A DNA stretch of 14,369 bases from Candidatus Hydrogenedentota bacterium (GTDB lineage Bacteria; Hydrogenedentota; Hydrogenedentia; Hydrogenedentales; GCA-2746185): NCBI GenBank assembly GCA_046583315.1, contig JAYGCN010000289.1:1-14369 (forward strand). The letters are read 5' to 3'. The notes under the pieces are model-generated. The model searched no databases. It saw nothing but the letters and a program-made list of their open reading frames with translations, and was not told where the DNA came from. A program made the position numbers and the translations under genes. Shown one piece after another: positions 7,656-14,369 of this stretch. Each line of letters opens with the position of its first letter. The stretch's first letter is position 1.

Positions 7656-7759
7656 GAGGTCAGGCCAAAGCGGCCGGAACCGGCTCCTGCCGGAAGAGAC
7701 TTGCGGAAGTTGCATTACACCGCCCATAACCCACGCCGCTTTCCCTGACCCCTTTTTTT
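7656..7759 (+). ncRNA. Candidate structured small RNA of unknown family (about 100 nt)
   Basis: GGTCAGG-cc-AAAGCGGC (7658-7674) pairs with GCCGCTTT-c-CCTGACC (7735-7750), 15 Watson-Crick pairs; T7 tract at 7753-7759; TATACT at 7644-7649 would start transcription at about 7656; internal hairpins CCGGC-TCCT-GCCGG and ACTT-GCGG-AAGT. Confidence 0.5.
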
Positions 7760-7819
7760 GACTGAATGTGTGCGTTCATAATCGACTGAATTGGGCAGCG
7801 TTGATGGCAGGGCGAAAGC

Positions 7820-8278
7820 ATGGGCGAGGTCTTCAAAGTCATCGGGATTATTGTTGCGACGCTGGTTTTCGGCACCTTCGCGCTGATGTCGGTGGGGGTG
7901 GGTATACTCTCTTTGAACCCGAATGTTCAGGACACCTTTGATGGATTTAACTTTCTGAGCAGTCGGCGAGTCACGCTGTCGGAATTCAATCAGATTGAAA
8001 CCGGTATGAGCTATGAGCAGGTGCTCAAAGTGGTCGGCAAAGACGCCGCTAAGACTGCGAGCTGGTCGTTTGAGGATGAGGATGGAGCGGCGATCAGGGC
8101 AACGACGTATACGTGGCAAAATGATGAGTCCTCCGAAATGAACACGACGTTCACAATGGTTTGTAAACGCGATCGGGAGTCGAATCGGGGAGTTCGGGCG
8201 GGCGCAGAAGAACACCGGTGCATTCCGGACACTCGATCAGGCTTCCGACGTACTGGGCTGATTTTCCGATCGCCTTAA
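7820..8278 (+). CDS. DUF3862/BLIP-like membrane-anchored protein, probably with a damaged 3' end (recognisable part ends at ~8152)
   Basis: N-terminal TM helix, then VTLSEFNQIETGMSYEQVLKVVG...YTWQN..SS.MNTTF, the recalled DUF3862-type pattern. The expected final 'NGKL.SK.Q.GL' strand is absent, and the ORF instead runs antisense through the neighbouring gene. Confidence 0.65.
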   Translation: MGEVFKVIGIIVATLVFGTFALMSVGVGILSLNPNVQDTFDGFNFLSSRRVTLSEFNQIETGMSYEQVLKVVGKDAAKTASWSFEDEDGAAIRATTYTWQNDESSEMNTTFTMVCKRDRESNRGVRAGAEEHRCIPDTRSGFRRTGLIFRSP

Positions 8279-8468
8279 AATGTTCTTCTTCTGTTTTGCT
8301 CGCCAGGACTTTGGTTTCCAGTTCGATAAATTCTTGATACGCTTTATCATCGATCACGGCATAGGAACGATACTCTTGTTCGTCCAAGTCGGGTTTGTGA
8401 TCGAATTTATATCCGCACTGACAACGCTTTAGCGACTCTTCTCCTTCTCGCTCAGCGCATTTTCGCAC
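8151..8468 (-). CDS. Small hypothetical Cys-motif (CxC...CxxC) protein; start uncertain
   Basis: RCQCGY near the N-terminus and IECPEC near the C-terminus flank a charged helical region. The only nearby in-frame start is GTG 8468, inside the GDPD 3' end. Confidence 0.55.
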   Translation of the reverse strand: MRKCAEREGEESLKRCQCGYKFDHKPDLDEQEYRSYAVIDDKAYQEFIELETKVLASKTEEEHFKAIGKSAQYVGSLIECPECTGVLLRPPELPDSTPDRVYKPL

Positions 8469-9220
8469 AGGTCAACGTCGTCCGTGAGAATGTAATCAAT
8501 ACCGGCCTTGTGGAGCTGTTTTATCATGTCGGGGTCTTGGGAACCGAAGTAGTTCACTTTGATGCCGTGTTCGTGGAGTCGTTTGAGATGTTGTTCGATG
8601 TTGTCGAGGCCGTTGTTTTGGTGCAACTGGATGAAGTCGCAGTCAGTTTCGATGGTGAGATCGATGTAGGCGCTTCGGTCGCCGCCCTGACGTGACATGT
8701 TGCAGATTTGAATTTCCGGTACGACGGCACGCGCTTCTTTGGCTTGTTCGGTGCTGCAAGCGAGAAAGCAGTGGTCCAGGCGGTCGAGTTTTTCGATTAA
8801 CTTCGCGGAGGCCGAGGCCACACCGGGCGAATTTTTCAGATGCACGTTACACAGAATGGTTTTGGGAATGGATTCGAGTGTTTCTTCGAGCGTCGGAATT
8901 TGAGTATCGGTGAAGGATTCGGCGAACCAGCTTCCGGCATCCAGCGCGCGTAGCACCTTAAAGGTAAGTCGCTCTACCAAGCCTTTGCCGTTCGTGGTGC
9001 GGTTCACCGAGGGGTCGTGCATGATGACGAGGCGACCATCCTTCGATAGCTGCACATCGAATTCAATCATGCCCACGCCTTTTTCCACGGCGGACACGAA
9101 TGCCGCGATGGTGTTTTCCGGCGCAACGGCGACATCCCCGCGATGGGCGCATACTTCAGCGGCGTGCAGTGAAGCGGGGACCGTAAAGAGTATCGCCGTC
9201 AGAATTCTGTATAGATGCAT
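8429..9220 (-). CDS. Glycerophosphodiester phosphodiesterase (GDPD/GlpQ-UgpQ family), predicted exported
   Basis: CAHRG....APENTIAAF..A, IEFDVQLSKDG.LVIMHD..VNRTTNG.G, LDAGSWF, IPTLEE.L, GIDYILTD; signal peptide ending in SLHA-A. Confidence 0.93.
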   Translation of the reverse strand: MHLYRILTAILFTVPASLHAAEVCAHRGDVAVAPENTIAAFVSAVEKGVGMIEFDVQLSKDGRLVIMHDPSVNRTTNGKGLVERLTFKVLRALDAGSWFAESFTDTQIPTLEETLESIPKTILCNVHLKNSPGVASASAKLIEKLDRLDHCFLACSTEQAKEARAVVPEIQICNMSRQGGDRSAYIDLTIETDCDFIQLHQNNGLDNIEQHLKRLHEHGIKVNYFGSQDPDMIKQLHKAGIDYILTDDVDLCENALSEKEKSR

Positions 9221-9296
9221 ATCTTTTCCTTTGAATCATTCTTTTTCGATGGTACCACACTCATCTCGCCGATTATGCTGGCGTTCTGGAGCGGAA

Positions 9297-9326
9297 TTGA
9301 CTAAGCAGGAACGAAATCCTCATGAT
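9297..9326 (+). promoter_or_regulatory. Possible sigma70 promoter for the first tandem repeat-protein gene
   Basis: TTGACT (9297-9302), 18 bp, CATGAT (9321-9326). Confidence 0.35.
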
Positions 9327-9367
9327 GCGTGTTGGACAGGTGGTGTAAGCCCCTGAGGGAGTTGTGG

Positions 9368-11203
9368 ATGTCTGAACGATTGCGAATGTTGAGTATTGTC
9401 GCGGTCGTTTTTTCGTTTGGCGGAATACTCTGGCTGGTTTTGGGTGATACGGAATCGACTGAACCTGAGCGAATCGCGAACACGACCTCTATTCCAGAAC
9501 CCCGGCGCGATTCGATACCCGTGTTTGAGTTTGACGCTGCTCGGAGTGATGATTTTCGTGATAGCGAGACACGCTCAAATGCGATCGAGACGAATGACGA
9601 ATCCGGCGCGCGTGTTTCGGGTCATATATTCGATCTGGATACGGGAGAGGGGATTCCGGGCATCACGGTTAATGCGTTCTATCGGGGAGACAAAGCCGCG
9701 AAGGATGCCGTGGCGACAAGTAATGAGACAGGCGAATACGAGTTGCGTGGACTGGGGGTGGGGGCATACGACATTGTCCATAATCTCGTTGAGGGCTATC
9801 TGTTTCAGAAGGACCGCGAGCGCGCGCAGGATGTCACCCTCACCGCAAACCAACTCGTGACCGGAATCGACTTTGGCGTTGCGGTCGGGCTTTCAGTGAG
9901 CGGGGTGATTACCGACGAGACGGGCGCGCCGGTTGAAGGCGTACGGGTGAAACACTATTCCGGAGCAAGTGGCTATCCAGAGACGACATCCCTTGCGGAC
10001 GGACGCTACACGCTTGAGCAGGTTGCTGAGGGAGAGTTTGATATCGTGTTTTCAGCTTCCGGTTATCAGCGAGTCGGGCTGGAGGATGTTGAGTCAGGCG
10101 TCAACACGGCCGATGTAGTGTTGCCAAGAGCAGGTAGCATTAGCGGACAGGTCGTGGATGCGGTCAGCGGGCAATACATTACTGATTTCAGCGTCGCAGT
10201 CGTGCGTGCGGAGGGGATCTCGCCGCGCCCAAGCAAACTCACGCGGTTTCAGGATGACCAAGGGCGTTTTACCGTTGAGTACGACGGGAACGATGTGAAA
10301 CCCTATGTGCATGTGCGGGCTCGGGGTTATGTAATAGGCGGTGCCGCGCTGGAAGGGGAACTCGGTAGGGGCGAATCGCGACGGGAGGTCGTTGTCTCAC
10401 TTTCCCCGGAACGATTTCTGAGCGGACGGGTCGTTGATGATCAGGGGGACCCCATTCCCGGCGCAGGGATTTTTCTCGGAGCGATTCTGGGATTCGGTGA
10501 TGGACTCCAAGGGACTGCAAAAGCTATCAGCGACGAAGACGGTTACTTCACGACCACTGGCTTACCGGGCGGTGAACAAATTTTGTCAGCGTACATGCAC
10601 GAGTATGCGGTCGATTCACGAGTGCTTGTCCTTGGACATAATACTCCTGAGGTTCAATTCGTTTTAGGTCCGGGGAATATATTGGAGGGTATCGTCACGC
10701 TGGACGGTGCCCCAATATACAACGCGCGGGTGACACACTTTTTTCGAAATCGTGACAATTCTACAGGTTCGAAGAGCGCACGGACAAGCGCGGATGGCCG
10801 TTTTAAAATGTTGGGACTGCCAACCGGGATTTTTGCGATTCGTGGATCGTTCAATGAGAAGGAAATCGAGAGACGGATACACGTAGAGGTTGAAATGGTC
10901 GATGGTATGCGCACCGAGGTCGAGTTCGCGTTTGTGACGACAACGAACTCAGTAGAGGGACTGCTTTTGAACGCCGATAACGAACCCGTCATGACGTATG
11001 TATCGGTGACAATCGACACTGGAAGTTATACGGAAATCAGAAGTGCAGGGGCCATGGGTGGCTATCGTTTCGACTCCCTTCCGGCGGGAGACGTCACGAT
11101 TTCGGGCACGGATCAATCGTCAAATGAGCGTGAGGTTCTACGCGCGCGCCTCAATGAAAACGAGCAATTGCAGCTGGATATCGTGTTTGATGGCGTGGAA
11201 TAG
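9368..11203 (+). CDS. Membrane-anchored carboxypeptidase regulatory-like (CnaB/transthyretin-type beta-sandwich) repeat protein, paralog A (611 aa)
   Basis: About six modules such as VSGVITDETGAPVEGVRV...TTSLADGRYTLEQV.EG.F.I..SASGY and LSGRVVDDQGDPIPGA.IF...SDEDGYF...GLP.G; N-terminal TM. Start moved to ATG 9368 (AGGGAG-N6-ATG, matching the paralogs). Confidence 0.85.
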   Translation: MSERLRMLSIVAVVFSFGGILWLVLGDTESTEPERIANTTSIPEPRRDSIPVFEFDAARSDDFRDSETRSNAIETNDESGARVSGHIFDLDTGEGIPGITVNAFYRGDKAAKDAVATSNETGEYELRGLGVGAYDIVHNLVEGYLFQKDRERAQDVTLTANQLVTGIDFGVAVGLSVSGVITDETGAPVEGVRVKHYSGASGYPETTSLADGRYTLEQVAEGEFDIVFSASGYQRVGLEDVESGVNTADVVLPRAGSISGQVVDAVSGQYITDFSVAVVRAEGISPRPSKLTRFQDDQGRFTVEYDGNDVKPYVHVRARGYVIGGAALEGELGRGESRREVVVSLSPERFLSGRVVDDQGDPIPGAGIFLGAILGFGDGLQGTAKAISDEDGYFTTTGLPGGEQILSAYMHEYAVDSRVLVLGHNTPEVQFVLGPGNILEGIVTLDGAPIYNARVTHFFRNRDNSTGSKSARTSADGRFKMLGLPTGIFAIRGSFNEKEIERRIHVEVEMVDGMRTEVEFAFVTTTNSVEGLLLNADNEPVMTYVSVTIDTGSYTEIRSAGAMGGYRFDSLPAGDVTISGTDQSSNEREVLRARLNENEQLQLDIVFDGVE

Positions 11204-11233
11204 TCGGTTTTCCGACCCTGTTGTCAAAGAATT

Positions 11234-11265
11234 TGCTTGATCATTTCAAGCACTTCACTCATTAT
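11234..11265 (+). promoter_or_regulatory. Inverted repeat overlapping a possible promoter of paralog B
   Basis: TGCTTGA-tcatt-TCAAGCA (11234-11252); TTGATC (11237-11242), 17 bp, CATTAT (11260-11265). Confidence 0.35.
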
Positions 11266-11303
11266 ACAAAGTGTTAGTTTACCGTTATTGAAGGGAGACT
11301 AGA

Positions 11304-12968
11304 ATGTCCGGGAGACTGCGCGCCATCGGGATTGTTGCGGTCTTTCTGTTGATTGGTATGATCGTTTTGGGAGTGCTCAGAAGTTCCAGTGACGAGGCGT
11401 CAATTGTCCCGTTCAAACAAGTGAACCTGAAGGGGAATCCGGTCCCTGTATTTGAGTTCGACGAGGCCTCATCGAACTCGGGTATGAGTGAAACTACGGT
11501 AGCAGTGCGCTCGGAACATGACTCAAGGAACTTTTCTGAGCATAATCCACGCAAACAATCCCTAACCGGCAAGGTCGTCAGTGCCTTGGACGGGAAGGCG
11601 ATTACCGAATTCAAACTGCTGCTTGTGATCGGCGATTATACCTTCGCGATGGAGGATGATTTCAGGTTTTACTATCCGCCGCGTGGCGAATTTAATATCA
11701 AACGGCCCGAAAAAGACCAGCCCATGGCCTTGCATGTGCGTGCTCCGGGTTATCTGGAATCGATTGTTCCTGTCAATGTGGGCGGCGACGAGAATTCCCC
11801 GGACGAGTTGCTGGTTCGACTAGAGTCCGAGTACATCGTCAGTGGGCGCGTCATTGATCAGAATGGAGTCGCGATCGAAGGCGCGATGATTTTTGATACG
11901 CGGATACCCACCGCAGAATCCAAACAACGCGCGTTGGCTATCGCACGAAGCGATAAAGAGGGGGAGTTTATTCTTGAGGGATTACGAACAAACGAGATTA
12001 CGCTGTGCGCGTACAGGAAGGGATTATCGGCTGATCTCAGAGTGGTGCCGCTGGAGCACCACAGCACGAGGGTCGAAATGGTGCTGAGGGAGGGAGGCGC
12101 TGTCGCCGGAAAGGCTATGCTGGACGGATCACCAGTCCAACTGCGATTTATACACGGCAATTTCTACGCGACCGCGCAAGGTCAGCTTGATGGAGAAATC
12201 GCACCTGATATCGGCAGAGTAGATATCTCGGGCTATTCCGATCTGAATGGTGAATACCGCTTCGAAGGGATTCCCGCAGGTCAAGGGTATATCCAGGCGA
12301 GTATTCTGCACAACGGTCGGATGCGCGATATGTCCGCGGATGTTGAAGTTAAACCCGGTATGACGACACGCGTGGACTTCCCGTTTCCCACAACCAGTTC
12401 GTCGGTAGAAGGCTATGTCGTGCCTGGGGAAGGACTCGCAAACCCGACGCAAGTCAAACTGAGCCTGGATACGGGAGAGCATGTTGAATCGATGGTCGCC
12501 ACCTGCGAAGAAAACGGTTATTACCAATTCTCCGATCTACCACCGGGGCGCGTGATGGTATCGATATTCTCTCAGGAACATGTGAAGTTTGCCATGGGTG
12601 AGTTGGGGAAAGAGGAAACCCTGCGATTGGATCTGCACCTCATTGACGGGACAGACATTATATGCAACGTACACAATGTGGAGGAGGATCGCGTCGTGTT
12701 CGGTATCCTCCTGCCGGCGGGTCTTGCCATTCCCGACCGACTCGACAGGATGTTCTTCACACGCTTAACCCGTTCCTCCTCGGGCAAGGTGAATATTCGT
12801 GATGGCCGCATCGAATTTCGGCGTGTTGATAGCGGCTCCTACACGCTTCTGGTTGTTTCGCATCATTACGGTTTTGATGAGCAGATTGATTACGCATCGA
12901 TGCAACATTCCACGCACGCGTTGGAGATTGACGATCAGGAAACGATTGAGGTTGACGTATCTTTTTGA
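11304..12968 (+). CDS. Membrane-anchored carboxypeptidase regulatory-like repeat protein, paralog B (554 aa)
   Basis: VSGRVIDQNGVAIEGAMIF, SDKEGEFILEGL, SDLNGEYRFEGIPAG, ENGYYQFSDLPPG; N-terminal TM; AAGGGAG-N6-ATG. Confidence 0.85.
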   Translation: MSGRLRAIGIVAVFLLIGMIVLGVLRSSSDEASIVPFKQVNLKGNPVPVFEFDEASSNSGMSETTVAVRSEHDSRNFSEHNPRKQSLTGKVVSALDGKAITEFKLLLVIGDYTFAMEDDFRFYYPPRGEFNIKRPEKDQPMALHVRAPGYLESIVPVNVGGDENSPDELLVRLESEYIVSGRVIDQNGVAIEGAMIFDTRIPTAESKQRALAIARSDKEGEFILEGLRTNEITLCAYRKGLSADLRVVPLEHHSTRVEMVLREGGAVAGKAMLDGSPVQLRFIHGNFYATAQGQLDGEIAPDIGRVDISGYSDLNGEYRFEGIPAGQGYIQASILHNGRMRDMSADVEVKPGMTTRVDFPFPTTSSSVEGYVVPGEGLANPTQVKLSLDTGEHVESMVATCEENGYYQFSDLPPGRVMVSIFSQEHVKFAMGELGKEETLRLDLHLIDGTDIICNVHNVEEDRVVFGILLPAGLAIPDRLDRMFFTRLTRSSSGKVNIRDGRIEFRRVDSGSYTLLVVSHHYGFDEQIDYASMQHSTHALEIDDQETIEVDVSF

Positions 12969-13106
12969 GTTTCTAGCCCGATTAAACGAGCTATATAAGA
13001 CTATATCGCATGGGCAATTTATCGCTACGACCCTATTGATTTCCTGATAGAGTACGGTTCACTATAATAGCCTGGCAACACAATCGTTTGTTCAAGGGAG
13101 ATGAGC

Positions 13107-14369
13107 ATGACTGAGAATCTGAGGATGGCGGGAATTGTGCTGGTCTTTGTTGTGTTGGGGGGGATTCTGTGGGGATTTGCTTCGCGATCTTCTGATGAGC
13201 CAACGGTAGAACAGGTCGCTGAAACGCCTGACTTTAAACATCGTGTCGGCGCGGTGCCTGAGTTTGATTTTGATGACGCGCCCGATCGGCGACGGGCTGA
13301 AGAGGCAGATATTTCGGATGACGACGAAGCGGACGAGGCCGAAGTGGATGTCGGTGATGTCGAGGAGAAAACAGGGTCCACAAAACGCAAGGCGCGCGGT
13401 AACGGAAAAATTGACGGCGAAGTCACGATGACGGATGGCGCGAATATTCCGGATGATCTCATCGTCACGCTTCATTACGTACCGGATAAAGCACGCTATG
13501 ATGGCTCGGCGGATACGGTGCACTCGACCTCAGGCGTTGATGCTGAGGGAAAATTTAATTTCGAGAAATTGCCAATGGGTCAATATGTCTTGTTTGGGCA
13601 ATCCGCGGATTATACGGGAACTTCGAACCGAACGCTTTCCGCTGGAGGCCGCGAATACACGGTCGGTTTGTCCCTTTACCCTGCGGCTTCCATTTCGGGA
13701 ACGGTCGTCAACGATTCAGGCGAAATGCTCAACGATGCACATGTATTCGTCGCGGGTTATCTGAGCGGCGGAAGTGATCTGAAGGCCGATCTCTATCGGT
13801 CGCGTGCGTCGGGCGTGTCTGTGAATGAAAACGGCGAATACGTCATGGTGAATCTGCAGATCCGCACACCGGCTCTCCAGTACCGATTGCTCGCAATGTC
13901 CCCCGGATACGCGCCCAAGATTACGGAGCTTTACCCGACCGGTGCCAGCGACGTTCAGATTGTGCTGTCGGAAGGGGGAAATATTTCAGGCACGGTTACT
14001 AATCTGGCTACAGGTGAGACGATGCCGAATGTGCCAATCAGCGCGACGGCTGATTTCGCGATGGCGACCAAGGAGATCACTACCGATGAAAACGGAGCTT
14101 TCGCATTCGAGGGGCTCAGCGCGGGCACGCATCATTTCGATGTGAAGCAGGAAAATCTCGTGGTCACGTCAGAATCCTTGAGCCTGGAAGTAGTCGCCGG
14201 GCAGGTCATCGACGATTTGATGATCAACGTACAGATAGGTGCGATGGTCGCGGGACGGGTCTATGATTCGGACACCGATCTTGGAGTTGCGAACGTTACG
14301 ATCACGGCGCGGCCTGAGAACATCCCTGTTGCCGAGCGCAAGGAAACCAATACGGACGCGAACGGGTAT
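13107..14369 (+). CDS. Membrane-anchored carboxypeptidase regulatory-like repeat protein, paralog C (partial, runs off the window; not in the ORF track)
   Basis: Translated by hand, 421 open codons: MTENLRMAGIVLVFVVLGGILWGFASRSSDE...VPEFDFDDA, an acidic linker, then DAEGKFNFEKLPMGQY, ISGTVVNDSGE, TTDENGAFAFEGLSAG, VAGRVYDSDTDLGVANVTI...TNTDANGY. AAGGGAG-N6-ATG; TATAAT at 13063-13068. Confidence 0.88.
   Translation, partial: MTENLRMAGIVLVFVVLGGILWGFASRSSDEPTVEQVAETPDFKHRVGAVPEFDFDDAPDRRRAEEADISDDDEADEAEVDVGDVEEKTGSTKRKARGNGKIDGEVTMTDGANIPDDLIVTLHYVPDKARYDGSADTVHSTSGVDAEGKFNFEKLPMGQYVLFGQSADYTGTSNRTLSAGGREYTVGLSLYPAASISGTVVNDSGEMLNDAHVFVAGYLSGGSDLKADLYRSRASGVSVNENGEYVMVNLQIRTPALQYRLLAMSPGYAPKITELYPTGASDVQIVLSEGGNISGTVTNLATGETMPNVPISATADFAMATKEITTDENGAFAFEGLSAGTHHFDVKQENLVVTSESLSLEVVAGQVIDDLMINVQIGAMVAGRVYDSDTDLGVANVTITARPENIPVAERKETNTDANGY

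Noticed and set aside
7389..7727. 112-aa minus-strand ORF
   Set aside because: No recognisable motif, no clear RBS and atypical composition; it overlaps the promoter and RNA-like elements. Cannot be fully excluded.
7656..7759. SRP RNA, tRNA-like or cobalamin riboswitch identity for the structured element
   Set aside because: GTCAGG...AAGCGGC lacks the SRP helix-8 GNRA hairpin; no TTCRA T-loop; no B12-box. A retron msr/msd is unsupported because there is no reverse transcriptase in the window.
13025..14145. Short ORFs listed in the track in this region
   Set aside because: All are alternative-frame or antisense shadows of the long open frame starting at 13107.
1..14369. CRISPR array, defence system or DGR
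   Set aside because: I saw no regularly spaced direct repeats, no cas, RT or nuclease genes, and no near-identical TR/VR pair.

Overview
Bacterial chromosomal window of moderate GC (about 50-55% by eye). The gene content (OM beta-barrel, PilT, tandem carboxypeptidase-regulatory-like proteins) suggests a diderm; a PVC/Hydrogenedentes-like lineage is an unverified impression. Left to right: a frameshifted IS3-family transposase remnant fused to a frameshifted outer-membrane beta-barrel gene; tRNA-Glu(CTC) with a clear sigma70 promoter, followed closely by pcm with a signal-peptide-like N-terminus; a secreted nucleoside-hydrolase-family gene (-); a SEC-C/TM/2x 'GKVW..EHGHWHD' protein; a small membrane protein; an SDR (-); a PilT/PilU ATPase (-) divergent from a stand-alone tandem cyclic-nucleotide-binding protein; a ~430-bp gap with promoter motifs and a ~100-nt end-paired, U-tailed candidate ncRNA; a 3'-damaged DUF3862/BLIP-like gene; a small Cys-motif protein and a GDPD (-); and three tandem membrane-anchored carboxypeptidase-regulatory-like repeat proteins, the third running off the window and missing from the ORF track. 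The best novelty candidates are the unexplained structured RNA at 7656-7759 and the shared N-terminal anchor plus [IV]P[VE]F[ED]FDxA motif of the three tandem proteins. All calls come from reading motifs by eye; no searches or folding programs were run.
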